A stretch of 64,000 nt of DNA from the IMG/VR virus record IMGVR_UViG_3300022719_000071, positions 288,001 through 352,000 of that record. One strand, given 5' to 3'. The translations under genes were made by a program, and so were the position numbers. Position 1 is the first letter of the stretch. The number at the start of each line of letters is the position of its first letter. Below are positions 1-10,300 of the stretch, piece after piece. The DNA is from a virus (Duplodnaviria; Caudoviricetes). The notes beneath the pieces are model-generated. The model did no database searches, was not told where the DNA came from, and was given only the letters and a program-made list of their open reading frames with translations.

Positions 1-2
1 TC

Positions 3-74
3 CTATTCTCGGATTATGATACCATCTTCGAGGATGAGTACGACGAGTTCCTGTACATCACAGACAACTGTTGA
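3..74 (+). CDS. 3' end of a gene truncated by the window edge
   Basis: Open frame LFSDYDTIFEDEYDEFLYITDNC* ending at TGA 72-74. Confidence 0.5.
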   Translation, partial: LFSDYDTIFEDEYDEFLYITDNC

Positions 75-99
75 CAGAGTTGTTTTTTCCTGATAAAAT
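71..99 (+). promoter_or_regulatory. sigma70-type promoter
   Basis: TTGACA-N17-TAAAAT upstream of the ORF at 129. Confidence 0.75.
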
Positions 100-128
100 T
101 ACAATACGAATAACTGGGCTTGAATTTC

Positions 129-860
129 ATGATCAACAACATCCTAGAATACGTGGTGACGACAGACGTGTATTACCAGCTTTGGATGGTGGCGCAGGCC
201 ACCATCCCGGAGAAAGCTGCGCCTTTCAAGAGGGGTATTCGTCACAATAACGACAACTGGCACCCGGCACTGGTGGGCCAGTTCAACGACGTTCGTGATG
301 TGCCCAGCACCATCGAGATCGAAAATGGCGAGCACCAACTTGACGGCGAAGCCCGATTCCACACCGGCAACAATAAGCCAACGCTGAAGGCTGACCGAAT
401 CGAGATCGCCTGGGGCAGTAATAACATCAACACTCGTGCCAACGGTCCCTGCAAGATCGTGCTGTCAGGTGTCAAGTTCTGGCATCACCAAGGTGAGCTT
501 CATCGTCGTCGTGGTGATGCCATCATCATCGAACAGGCCAAGTTCCAATGGAACACTCGAAACTCTGCTGGGCTGTACCGGGAGTTTGGCCCATATCAGA
601 TCATCATCAGCCGTATCACCGGCAAGGCTCAGGTAAGCGGTACCGAGGGTAACTTGGTGAGCCACATTAAGGGCATGAGCTTCCGCAAGCTCCAGTCGTC
701 CTGGGCAAACTCCAACGGAGTCAATCTCAGCGAAAGCCGGGTGAAGCAGATTCTCACCAATCACAACATCAAGGTGAACTATCTCCTAGCTGGTGAGTCC
801 GTATTCGCAGACGAGGGCGAGGAGTTCATCTTCTGGAATGAGCTTGGTGGGGAGCTGTGA
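129..860 (+). CDS. hypothetical protein
   Basis: ORF after promoter; ATG 129 preferred over TTG 120; stop overlaps next start. Confidence 0.75.
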   Translation: MINNILEYVVTTDVYYQLWMVAQATIPEKAAPFKRGIRHNNDNWHPALVGQFNDVRDVPSTIEIENGEHQLDGEARFHTGNNKPTLKADRIEIAWGSNNINTRANGPCKIVLSGVKFWHHQGELHRRRGDAIIIEQAKFQWNTRNSAGLYREFGPYQIIISRITGKAQVSGTEGNLVSHIKGMSFRKLQSSWANSNGVNLSESRVKQILTNHNIKVNYLLAGESVFADEGEEFIFWNELGGEL

Positions 861-1237
861 CAAACGAGTCGTTGGTGATAGAGTCACCAGAAGATGACGG
901 GGAAATTCTGGGTTGGGTTAAAATACTAACCGATGACCAGCTTGAGGCCACCAAGCAGCACTACTACGATCTGTGGACCTGGGAGAGCGGTGACCCGAGT
1001 CATCGATTTCTCTATGAGGTTTTGGAGCACGAAAAGGAAAGGCGAACAACCCAGCATAGAAATCTGAACGAACATCTCAATCGTATGCTGGAATTCATAG
1101 AGAGTGGAGATTTGTCACATATTGATTTCAATGTTCTTGATATGGATGAAGACATACGTGGCATTGCCACGAAGAGATATTCGAAGAGAACAAGAAAATG
1201 CCAAGTGAGCAGTTCGAGAAAGACATCCGAGAACTGA
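857..1237 (+). CDS. YYDxW-family protein (outlier member of the 36.5-39.7 kb array)
   Basis: GWVKILTDDQLEATKQHYYDLWTWESG matches the array motif. Confidence 0.75.
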   Translation: MTNESLVIESPEDDGEILGWVKILTDDQLEATKQHYYDLWTWESGDPSHRFLYEVLEHEKERRTTQHRNLNEHLNRMLEFIESGDLSHIDFNVLDMDEDIRGIATKRYSKRTRKCQVSSSRKTSEN

Positions 1238-1428
1238 TGAAAGTAACCTTCAGTAAGAAGGCTTTTATTGCCGTGTGTCGTACTTCCAGAGATGTCAACG
1301 ACCTCCATTGGGCTGTTGGATATGTTTACGATTACTGGAATTTCGTCCATCCTCACCCCCTGGCTCGTGAATATATGGAAGGAATCGAAGAGCTTATCGA
1401 GATTGCCAACAAACTTCCTACAGAATGA
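1198..1428 (+). CDS. hypothetical protein
   Basis: 76-aa ORF overlapping the upstream gene end. Confidence 0.6.
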   Translation: MPSEQFEKDIRELMKVTFSKKAFIAVCRTSRDVNDLHWAVGYVYDYWNFVHPHPLAREYMEGIEELIEIANKLPTE

Positions 1429-1581
1429 GAACAAAAAAGAAGTCTAAAACTTAATGAAATCAACTAAAATAAGCTGAAGAGGGGAAACAGGCTGCCGGTC
1501 AAGACTATATGTAATCTCAATTCAATTGCGAAATAGATTTGATGCACTCGCTAAATACTTCAATGCTTTAGGAGTATTGAG

Positions 1582-2517
1582 ATGGCACTATCTGCACAGC
1601 AAGCTAATGATTTCACCGCCCTAGCGCTTCAGAATGCGCTAGACCGGGATGTTAACGACGAGATTCGAAACGCCGAGCAACAAATTCGTTCGACAATTTC
1701 TATTCGTCAGGCTTTCAAGACCTCCTTCTTCGGTTCCATTATCGGAAACCCTCCTGGTGATCCAAACTTTGTGACGCTATCGATTCGTCAGCAGCAGTTT
1801 TTCGATCACTACGTGAATCAGGGCTACTTCGTGAACATTGACCCTGAGAATGGCAACTGGCTGCTTGATTGGTCTCAAGTTGGTGGCACTCCATCTACCG
1901 TGCATCTGTACAGCATCCGCACCACTGTATCTCCTGGTGCTGTTTCTGTTGCTACAATCAATGCTATCAATGATTTCTTTGGTTCTCTGATCCCAGCAGC
2001 CATTTCGAACACAGTTCTGTCGGACACCACGCCAACATCCGGTGGTGATATTCCAGAGGCAGACTTTGGAGCACCCGACAGCGTATTCTATGAGTATCTG
2101 AGCGTCGTTCAACAACAAGACGATACTGACCATAGCTTGGCACTGAAGGACGCTATCAGAGCCTCTGGATTGGGCTACGTGGATGACACACGTGTGACTG
2201 GTGTGGGTGGTGCAGGAAACACAACCACCAACACCAATACGTTGGACATCAGCAATGGTGCTACCACCGTTACGGTGGCGGTTGGTGGAACTGGTACAGC
2301 TACGGATTTGGTGACTTCTATCAATAACAACCCAACACTACAAGCGATTAGTATCGTGGGCGACATCAATGGCCCAGATGTTCTAATCAAGAATACTTTG
2401 GGTGGAACACTTACAGTAATCAACAACGTGGGAGATGTCCTTGGTGATATATTCGGTCTCAGTTCTCCGCAAACAGGAGTGGTGACAGATAACACCGAAG
2501 TCTACAAGTTCATATGA
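1582..2517 (+). CDS. putative virion structural protein
   Basis: TAAATA at 1552, AGGAG SD; Thr/Gly/Asn-rich beta-type C-terminal half. Confidence 0.6.
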   Translation: MALSAQQANDFTALALQNALDRDVNDEIRNAEQQIRSTISIRQAFKTSFFGSIIGNPPGDPNFVTLSIRQQQFFDHYVNQGYFVNIDPENGNWLLDWSQVGGTPSTVHLYSIRTTVSPGAVSVATINAINDFFGSLIPAAISNTVLSDTTPTSGGDIPEADFGAPDSVFYEYLSVVQQQDDTDHSLALKDAIRASGLGYVDDTRVTGVGGAGNTTTNTNTLDISNGATTVTVAVGGTGTATDLVTSINNNPTLQAISIVGDINGPDVLIKNTLGGTLTVINNVGDVLGDIFGLSSPQTGVVTDNTEVYKFI

Positions 2518-2975
2518 GATGGTGTAAAACCATAAAGCGATCATTAGAGAAATCGTCTACTGTTATCTGGCTAGTGAACCTTAATCACATACTATGGGGT
2601 GTTTTTTTCTTGATTGAAGAAACACCAATTCCTTCCAACTTCGGTGCCACGATAGCATTCACAAATCCAGAATATCAGTCGTTGTTTGGCCTCATGTTTA
2701 TATTAGTAGCTCTTTGCTCAGTTATATCAGACTTCTTTGATGGTATTCGAGGAACCATATTGTTAATACCACAACAACTTGTTGTCACGTATGGTTGTAC
2801 TGTGCTGATGTCTGCCATATCGAATGGAGCCGTTTTCGGTAGTGAGTTCATCTTGTCTGCGTGTGTGATTTTACCTCTTACAGCTATGCACACCGTAGCA
2901 GTAATAACTAGATATGCACGTGAGCATCACGCAAAGATCATAATTAAACTTGATGAAATGACAGAAAGGATATGA
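2514..2975 (+). CDS. membrane protein (about 4 TM segments)
   Basis: Several hydrophobic stretches; ATGA overlap with upstream stop. Confidence 0.7.
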   Translation: MRWCKTIKRSLEKSSTVIWLVNLNHILWGVFFLIEETPIPSNFGATIAFTNPEYQSLFGLMFILVALCSVISDFFDGIRGTILLIPQQLVVTYGCTVLMSAISNGAVFGSEFILSACVILPLTAMHTVAVITRYAREHHAKIIIKLDEMTERI

Positions 2976-3012
2976 AATCCTTATGCATTAAAGAGCAATT
3001 CAAAACGCATCT

Positions 3013-3169
3013 ACATTTAGACCAAACCATGCAGCCGCAGCACCCCAGATAGTGCTAGCAAATGTCACGTGCTGCGTGGTTACTTGTTACCACTGTTCAC
3101 ATATAGACCAAACCATGCAGCCGCAGCACCCCAGATAGTGCTAGCAAATGTCACGTGCTGCGTGGTTAC
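3013..3169. repeat. tandem duplication (71 nt, 86-nt period) of the 3' end of the 3080-3385 gene
   Basis: 3013-3083 equals 3099-3169 except one base (3017 vs 3103). Confidence 0.95.
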
Positions 3170-3385
3170 CTCTGCACCCAAGCCAGTGAACCATTTGAAA
3201 ACTTCCCAGCAGATGAAAGCGTAAGCGATAAGCATAATGCGAGGAGCTATTCGCAGACGGTTCATGCATTCTGCTATCTTAATACAGGTTATAACTGCCT
3301 TGCTGTTGGAAGCATCGATTTCTGCCAGTTCCCTAGCTCGACGCTTAGCGCACACCGGGCAATCATGAGTTTGATTATCGTCCAT
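3080..3385 (-). CDS. small two-TM phage membrane protein (holin-like, unproven)
   Basis: Real start probably MDDNQTH (3385); RIAPRIML...STIWGAAAAWFGLYVNSG resembles a common phage membrane family. Confidence 0.7.
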   Translation of the reverse strand: MDDNQTHDCPVCAKRRARELAEIDASNSKAVITCIKIAECMNRLRIAPRIMLIAYAFICWEVFKWFTGLGAEVTTQHVTFASTIWGAAAAWFGLYVNSGNK

Positions 3386-3431
3386 ATTGGACCTCACTGT
3401 TGTTATTATGCTGGATAGATAAATATTTATC

Positions 3432-3650
3432 ATGAACTGGATAGTAGACGAACTCAACAAGTACCAACTGGACGAGAAAGCTAAAGAAAGCGAGACGACC
3501 GGTACGGTGCACAAATTCGAGGTAAAGGTTAGCCTCGATGGAACCCTCATGAAAACCGCAGTGTTCGCAGAAAACCTATCTCGTGCCACCAAGATTGCCG
3601 AAAAGTTGTACGGTAAGAAAAACGTTAAAAGCAGACCTGTCAAGAAATGA
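3432..3650 (+). CDS. hypothetical protein
   Basis: TAAATA at 3420; translationally coupled to next gene. Confidence 0.7.
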   Translation: MNWIVDELNKYQLDEKAKESETTGTVHKFEVKVSLDGTLMKTAVFAENLSRATKIAEKLYGKKNVKSRPVKK

Positions 3651-5017
3651 AGATTACAGAACTCACAAAGGGAGTGAAGAAAGGTAGTCAAAAGCGTGCT
3701 AAGCACCCGACTGCAACCGACGATCCCAGCAAGTACATTGGCAAGTGGGAGGAATATGACGAACCCCAAGGTATAAACTCGCCTGTTGGCAGGAGGGTAA
3801 CTAAGAGCAGTCCTAGTGAATCTGTATATTCAGATAAATCCAAGTTCAAAGCCAAATGGACACCTAGCTTTTTACCTGACCCAAAAGATGCTCCGGGTAT
3901 AGCACCATACAGCGCCCCACGTGAAGGAAAAGACGGGATTCTTCACATCATAGATTTTGGTGTGAAACATGATATGAAGAATAAGGCACACAAGAAGGAC
4001 AACCGAAAGAAGTCCATAGAAATCAACGAATCCTGGGATCATTTGCTAACGGAGAAGTTTCACCCAGTAGAGCTTGAAGGATTATACTGGTTCTGGGCTA
4101 ATCCTAACAAGGGTAAAATTATACATGCTAATAATTCCAGCCACACGTTGACCGCCGTTAATCACTTTGGTCTGGATCCAACCGTTTTTGGCTATGAGCC
4201 CGGAGAACAGATTGATCTGGATGATGAGCAAATCTTGTCGTACATGATTAACAACGGATGGGTTCGTGGTGGTTATCTGGAAGATACCAAGCATATTATT
4301 CTTCAGGGTAGTGATGCCGATCATGTGTTTGATGCGTTACAAGCTTTCAAGGATTCTGGTGTAGAAATCCAAAATGCATCCCTCGGTGGTATAAATGATG
4401 GTTTACAACTAGAGCTAAACCAAAATAACATCAAGCAATACCTCGGTGAAATTGATGGTACTGCTTCTATTCAGGGTGGTACTGGTGTATCAAATGATCT
4501 TCGAGCACGAGATCGTGATGTCATTACTCTGGCCGATTTGGAAAACACAGATCCAAACAGTGCAGAGATAGATAATGCCGAGGCTCCCATAAAGCAGACA
4601 ATTCGAAAGGGGCAGAAGCTCAACACGGATACTCCGGGCTTGAAAGAATCTCGTATGGACGAGATGGTTCGCAGTAATCCTATGCAGTTGATGAATGCTG
4701 AATACGAGCTACGCAATGACGAGGATACCGATACCATTGGTATGGCTATGATCACTGATGGCGTCATTGAGACTCTTGCTGTTCGAAACGATTTCAATAA
4801 GGAATACAATGGGTACATCCTTTCCAGATTGATGAGTGCTATTGTGAACGATGCCGATCTATCAAACTCCAACCTGTCCATTCGATTGGAAGACCAGAAC
4901 GACCTACAACAAAAAAGGTTCCTAGAACGATTTGGGTTCCGTCACATTCAGGATGGAATCATGAAAAGGAATGCTGGGGCTATTCGTCCAACTTCTGTTC
5001 CTAGCGCTCGCATTTGA
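3647..5017 (+). CDS. putative head-packaged protein with C-terminal GNAT-like domain
   Basis: MKITEL N-terminus; IETLAV...ILSRLMSAIVNDAD...RFLERFGF resembles GNAT motifs A/B. Confidence 0.55.
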   Translation: MKITELTKGVKKGSQKRAKHPTATDDPSKYIGKWEEYDEPQGINSPVGRRVTKSSPSESVYSDKSKFKAKWTPSFLPDPKDAPGIAPYSAPREGKDGILHIIDFGVKHDMKNKAHKKDNRKKSIEINESWDHLLTEKFHPVELEGLYWFWANPNKGKIIHANNSSHTLTAVNHFGLDPTVFGYEPGEQIDLDDEQILSYMINNGWVRGGYLEDTKHIILQGSDADHVFDALQAFKDSGVEIQNASLGGINDGLQLELNQNNIKQYLGEIDGTASIQGGTGVSNDLRARDRDVITLADLENTDPNSAEIDNAEAPIKQTIRKGQKLNTDTPGLKESRMDEMVRSNPMQLMNAEYELRNDEDTDTIGMAMITDGVIETLAVRNDFNKEYNGYILSRLMSAIVNDADLSNSNLSIRLEDQNDLQQKRFLERFGFRHIQDGIMKRNAGAIRPTSVPSARI

Positions 5018-5020
5018 TTC

Positions 5021-5049
5021 TTGACAAAAGACTTCCGGCGTGATATAGT
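5021..5049 (+). promoter_or_regulatory. sigma70-type promoter
   Basis: TTGACA-N17-TATAGT. Confidence 0.8.
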
Positions 5050-5078
5050 GCTTTCCATCACTAACGTGGAGATTAACC

Positions 5079-5375
5079 ATGCACGTCATCGATGTCAACG
5101 AATTCACAGTAACCACGGGTCTGTATCGTGGCGACACTTACGCTTTCGTTACTCACCGACCTTCGGGCAATCAGTGGGTTGCCAAGCAGCCGTTCGACGG
5201 CGAGCCCGCCAATCTGGGCATGTTGGCACTCGGTATCGAGTGCGGGTACATTACGTTCTACCCCAAGCGAATCATCGCCTCCTGCGATGCTCGTTTCTTC
5301 GAGCGTATCGAGAAGAAGGACACGCCGCCCATGGCTCGCAGCGAGTTCGACTCGCTCTGCTTCATAGGAGACTGA
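5079..5375 (+). CDS. hypothetical protein
   Basis: GGAG SD, GC-rich codon usage, follows promoter. Confidence 0.75.
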   Translation: MHVIDVNEFTVTTGLYRGDTYAFVTHRPSGNQWVAKQPFDGEPANLGMLALGIECGYITFYPKRIIASCDARFFERIEKKDTPPMARSEFDSLCFIGD

Positions 5376-5378
5376 ATT

Positions 5379-5603
5379 ATGCTCATCACCTTCGTCACCA
5401 TTCTAGCCTGGATCGGTGCTATCGTCGGCACCCTGATTTCCTTTGCTGGCATGTACCTGGAGAACCAATACAACCAGCCGGATAGCTTGGATCGCATGTT
5501 GGATAAAATCGAAGGGGGTCGCACTGAGTACCACTACGGCAAATATATCATCATCGCTATCGTGTCCTGGGCCTGGGTCATCACCACGTTGGTCGTCAAC
5601 TAA
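5379..5603 (+). CDS. small membrane protein
   Basis: Two hydrophobic helices; GGAG SD. Confidence 0.7.
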   Translation: MLITFVTILAWIGAIVGTLISFAGMYLENQYNQPDSLDRMLDKIEGGRTEYHYGKYIIIAIVSWAWVITTLVVN

Positions 5604-5702
5604 TACCGATACCAAGATCATCCCGAACAAGATATCCAAGTTTGATGACATGATTATAAAAATCGTTTCCCTCCACCCGGTGCACGCACCGTCTATAATT
5701 TC

Positions 5703-5912
5703 TTGACGAATATTCTTCAAGAGGATGCTGGTGATTTGCATGACAAAATTACCAAGGGCGACATTAATAATAATGTCGTTGTCCTTGATCCGAAGGAAAC
5801 CGAGAAACACATGGTTGATAAACTGAAGATGGGATCGGTGGGCATTTACCGCTATCACTTCGAAGTTGACAGAGACATGAACCAGGGATATCTTGTAGGT
5901 ACCAAGTTATGA
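5703..5912 (+). CDS. hypothetical protein
   Basis: TTG-start ORF coupled to next gene. Confidence 0.5.
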   Translation: MTNILQEDAGDLHDKITKGDINNNVVVLDPKETEKHMVDKLKMGSVGIYRYHFEVDRDMNQGYLVGTKL

Positions 5913-6397
5913 AAGGTACTGTCGAGATGTCTAAAAGGATTCTTCTCACCAATGGCGGCTACACAACCGTAGACGACGCTGATTACGAATTTCTGTCGCA
6001 GTTTTCTTGGAGAAAGAAGCGCAGCGATGGCAGCAAGAACTTTCACGCCGTGCGTGACGTTGATCTGGGTCGCACCAAGGTCACCGTACGTATGCATCGT
6101 CTCATCGCCGAGGCTGAAACCGACGAGTTAGTTTTCCACGTCAATGGTGATGGCCTGGATAACCGCCGACGAAATCTTCAGAAGCGTCAGATCAAGCCCT
6201 GGACCGGTAGAGCTGACGAGTCCGGTTTCTTTGGCGTCCACCGCTCTTCTGGTGGCTATGAGGCTCGTATTAGCTTCACCGGTCGCAAGTATCCTCTGGG
6301 CGTCTTCGAGAACGCTACGGACGCTGCTCTTCGCTATGACCGTGCTGCTCGTGAACTATACGGTGAGAACGCCAGAACGAATTTCGGAGCATCCTAA
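5909..6397 (+). CDS. HNH endonuclease with C-terminal AP2 DNA-binding domain
   Basis: MHRLI...[14 protein letters not shown] (HNH) plus GFFGV...YEARI...LGVF...[21 protein letters not shown] (AP2). Confidence 0.9.
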   Translation: MKGTVEMSKRILLTNGGYTTVDDADYEFLSQFSWRKKRSDGSKNFHAVRDVDLGRTKVTVRMHRLIAEAETDELVFHVNGDGLDNRRRNLQKRQIKPWTGRADESGFFGVHRSSGGYEARISFTGRKYPLGVFENATDAALRYDRAARELYGENARTNFGAS

Positions 6398-7227
6398 TGT
6401 CTAAGGATTACTACAAGATCCTTGGAGTGTCAAAAGACGCCGATGAAGGTGAGATTAAGAAGGTATGGCGTAAGGTTCGAACCAAACTCCACCCAGATAA
6501 AGGTGGAGACGAGGCGAAGTTCAAGGAGGCCAAAGAAGCTTATGACGTTCTGACCGATCCTCAGAAGCGTGCCGCTTACGATCAGTTTGGAACTCCTGAT
6601 TTGAATGCTACCAGACAACGACAATATGATCCTAACATTGAGGATATTCTTCGTGCTGCCGCCAGCGCATTCGGTTTTGGAGCAGGGGGAGGTTTTGGTC
6701 CTGCCAACGTAGATATCATCAACGGCGAGATCAGACAGAAGATCAGTGTGCCAGTCGATGTCATGCTAGGCGGCGGAACATTCAACTTCACATACGTGGT
6801 TCCGGTTGCACATGATTCTGTTTCTCTTCAGTTCCGTCATAGCATGGGAAGCATGACCATTGATCCAGATACTCCTCTTGGTCATACTGCTACCAAAGAA
6901 GAGTTCGGACAAAAGATGGTATTGATTTTGATTCCAGAGTCTACTAACAATTATGCTTCGCAGGGTTTGGATGTAGTGACTCAAGCTGAGGTTGATGTTC
7001 TTAGGGCACTTGCGGGTGAGTCATTTGAAATCACTCACCCAAATGGGACAAAGCTCAAAATAAAGCCTCCTGCATCCCTCAACAAGACCAACATGATTCG
7101 TATACCGAACAAGGGATTACGCTCGACGAGGGGGGCACGGGGAGATTTTCTAGTGGCTCTGAAGCTGACAGTTCCATCAATTACTGATGCTCAAAGGAGG
7201 AAGTTACAGGAGTTATTAAAGACTTGA
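6397..7227 (+). CDS. dnaJ: DnaJ-class co-chaperone (J domain + C-terminal domain, no Zn finger)
   Basis: KDYYKILGV...LHPDKGG...[15 protein letters not shown]; IPNKGL...RGDFLV. Confidence 0.9.
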   Translation: MSKDYYKILGVSKDADEGEIKKVWRKVRTKLHPDKGGDEAKFKEAKEAYDVLTDPQKRAAYDQFGTPDLNATRQRQYDPNIEDILRAAASAFGFGAGGGFGPANVDIINGEIRQKISVPVDVMLGGGTFNFTYVVPVAHDSVSLQFRHSMGSMTIDPDTPLGHTATKEEFGQKMVLILIPESTNNYASQGLDVVTQAEVDVLRALAGESFEITHPNGTKLKIKPPASLNKTNMIRIPNKGLRSTRGARGDFLVALKLTVPSITDAQRRKLQELLKT

Positions 7228-7382
7228 AGATAAGTTTGTTCGTGTCTATCTTAGCTGTACAAAGGGGGTTATTTAGGGTGGGTGTGACGAGTAGGATCGC
7301 CGTCTAAATACCCACCACTCAAGGGTCACCCGGACCCGACAAAATATCAAATCAGACACGAATAGAATTAGGAGAAACAGAC

Positions 7383-10300
7383 ATGGCTAACCCCCGTGAT
7401 TACCGTCCATTGCATCCTGGAATGGGGCAAGCAGTAGCAGAAAGAACATATCTAAGAAAGAAGGATGATGGAGAGTGGGAGACCTGGGGTGAAGTAGCCG
7501 ACCGTGTAGCACTCGGAAATTCTCTTCTGTGTAAGGACAAGAGTGAGCAAAAAAAAGAGCAAGAAATCCTCCGTCGTCATCTTGCTAATGGATCTTTGCT
7601 AATGAGTGGCCGTCACCTTCAGCACGGTGACGAGAACCAACCCACCCGTAACATGGAAGTCTTTACCAATTGTCTGGATGGGGATACTAAGATTCTCACG
7701 CTAGAACACGGACCTGTGGCTATCTCTGAGGTTGTTGGCGAAACCGTCACTGTTCGAGCACGAGATGGAGAATGGCGTCCTGCGCTCGTATCTTCCCACG
7801 GCGAACAGCAGTTGCAGGAAATTCGATTCGGTGCGTCTAATGGAACTACTGACCAATTCAATTTGGTAGTGCATGCCACCCCGAACCATCGATGGTTCCT
7901 TGAGTCTGGAGAGGTTACAAACGCTATTAGCGTCGGAGACTTTATCGAACCCATTAAACCCGCTTCGGTGGAAGACATGGATGCGGTGCGTCATGGACTG
8001 GTGTATGGTGATGGCACTGCACATAAGTCTCGGGTGCATTCCGCAAGACTGGAAGCCCAAGGTATTCAGAATTGTTCCATTCGGCTATGTGGGAACTCTT
8101 CCGAGTGGGTTTCGCTGTTTGAAGATGACTACACGATTACTCACCCCCCACATGCGAATGGTGACGCTGTGGTGTATGTCGGACGCAAACTATGGAAAGA
8201 CCTTCCGCATACCACTGACCCTGCATACATCGCCGGATTTATTAAAGGGTGGTGGATGGCGGATGGCAGTAAGACGTATAACAGAAGCAACGGAATCGAG
8301 ATTGCTACCACCAACATCGATGCAGTATCGTGGCTAAAGGATTATGCAGCGTATGCCGGATATGTCATAACCGAAATTTCTGAAAAGTTCCGCAAAGAGG
8401 GGGATGGCTCGTTCAACAATGGTCTAGGAAAGACCTTGTATTGTGTTCGGCTGAACAATGCCGAGATTCGACGCAAGGTTCTCTCCATTGTACCCACGGT
8501 CGTGAAGGAGGTCTTCTGTGTCGAAGAGCCGGTAACAACTGGATTCACATTAGCGAATGGTTTAGTGACTGGAAACTGCTCAACTTCCGCATCCAGCTTC
8601 GTGCTATTCTACCTTCTATTAAATGGTAGCGGTGTTGGTCGTTGTTACGATGATGATATGATGCTAGTGAATTGGGACTATGCTCCTAATGTTCGCTGCG
8701 TAATCGATCACGAGCACAAAGACTTCGATTGGTCTGCACACGAATCTCTACGTGATGCCAAACACAAATATGGAACCGGCAAGGATGTGATGTGGTTCGA
8801 GGTACCCGATTCTCGTGAGGGCTGGGCCAAAGCTCTTGAGATTTGGGAGAATGCTGCTTTTCAGAAAGTTCACGCAAACAAGCTCCTCATCCTGGACTTC
8901 ACCAAGGTGCGCTCGAAGGGATCTCCAATCGGTGGTATGCAAGATCGTCCCTCTTCCGGTCCTGTTCCGTTAATGAATGCGTTCCATAAGGCCGCAACTC
9001 TGAAAGGTGCTGGTCTTGAACGCTGGCGTCAATCACTATACATCGATCATTATTTCGCAGAATGCGTGTTAGTGGGTGGTGCCAGACGCAGTGCAAGAAT
9101 GAGCACAAAATCATGGCGTGATACTTCAGTTCTTGATTTCATTACTGTAAAACGTCCAATCGAATATGATGGATTGAACATGGATGAGATTGTGGAACTA
9201 CGTGCTGATAATCCATTTCCACCGACTGGTTTCTTATGGTCATCCAATAATAGCGTAACTGCTGATGAAGAATTTTGGAAACTTGTTAATCTAAAGAGAA
9301 ACGAAAAGGGTTTTCACGATGAATTGGCACAACATGCCCGTCGTGTTATGCGCAAGCTTTCTGAATCTTCATATGCTGATGGCACAGGAGAACCAGGAAT
9401 TATCAATGTTGATAAACTCGTTCAGAAGGAAGACGGTTGGAATACGTTGACCACTGGTGATTACGTCGGATCGGAGAAGTATCAGCTTGAGGAGGAAACC
9501 GAGTTATACATGAGCCGATTGGCACGTAAGGCCAAGCGCAAGAAGCATCACATAATTACTAATCCTTGTGGTGAGATTGCGCTTACTATACTCGGTGGAT
9601 ATTGCACAATTGCTGATGTGGTTCCATTCCATGCAGACACCTTGGATGAAGCCGAGGAAGCCTTCAGAGCCGCTACACGGGCTCTCATCAGGGTAAACAC
9701 CATGGACTGCCTGTACAAGAAGGAAGTCGAGCGTACGAATCGCATAGGCGTCGGTATGACCGGTGTTATGGAATTCGCCTGGAAGTTCTTCAAGCTTGGG
9801 TTCCGTGATTTGATTGATGAGGAGAAGTCCAAGGACTTCTGGTTGACCCTGGCTCGTTTCAATCGTGCAGTCTATGAGGAGGCAGTAGCCTACTCCGAGA
9901 AGATTGGTGTATCGGTGCCTCACACTATGACTACCATTAAACCATCCGGAACGATTTCCAAGCTCTTTGGTTTGTGCGAAGGTTGGCACTTGCCTTCGAT
10001 GAAGTGGTATGTGCGCTGGGTTCAGTTCCGTGATGATGATCCATTGATTGCCAAGTACCGTGCTGCCAAGTATCCAGTGCGTGAGCTAAAGCAATACCGA
10101 GGTCATGTCATCGTCGGTTTCCCAACTCAGCCAGTTGTGTCTACTATCATACCAGAAGATAAGCTGGTCACTGCTGGTGAGGCTACTCCAGAAGAGCAGT
10201 ATAAGTGGCTCATGCTTGGAGAGAAGTATTGGATTCATGGCACCGATGAGGAAGGCAATCCGGTAACTGACCGTAACATCGGAAACCAGATTTCCTATAC

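Noticed and set aside
3013-3169. Diversity-generating retroelement TR/VR pair
   Set aside because: No reverse transcriptase in the window, copies are almost identical, and the target is a small membrane protein
5909-6397. Group I intron hosting the HNH-AP2 gene
   Set aside because: The ORF overlaps both neighbours' stop/start codons, leaving no room for intron core; it is free-standing
7228-7382. Cobalamin riboswitch upstream of nrdJ
   Set aside because: Several small hairpins are present, but I could not find the B12-box or the conserved core, and the space is short
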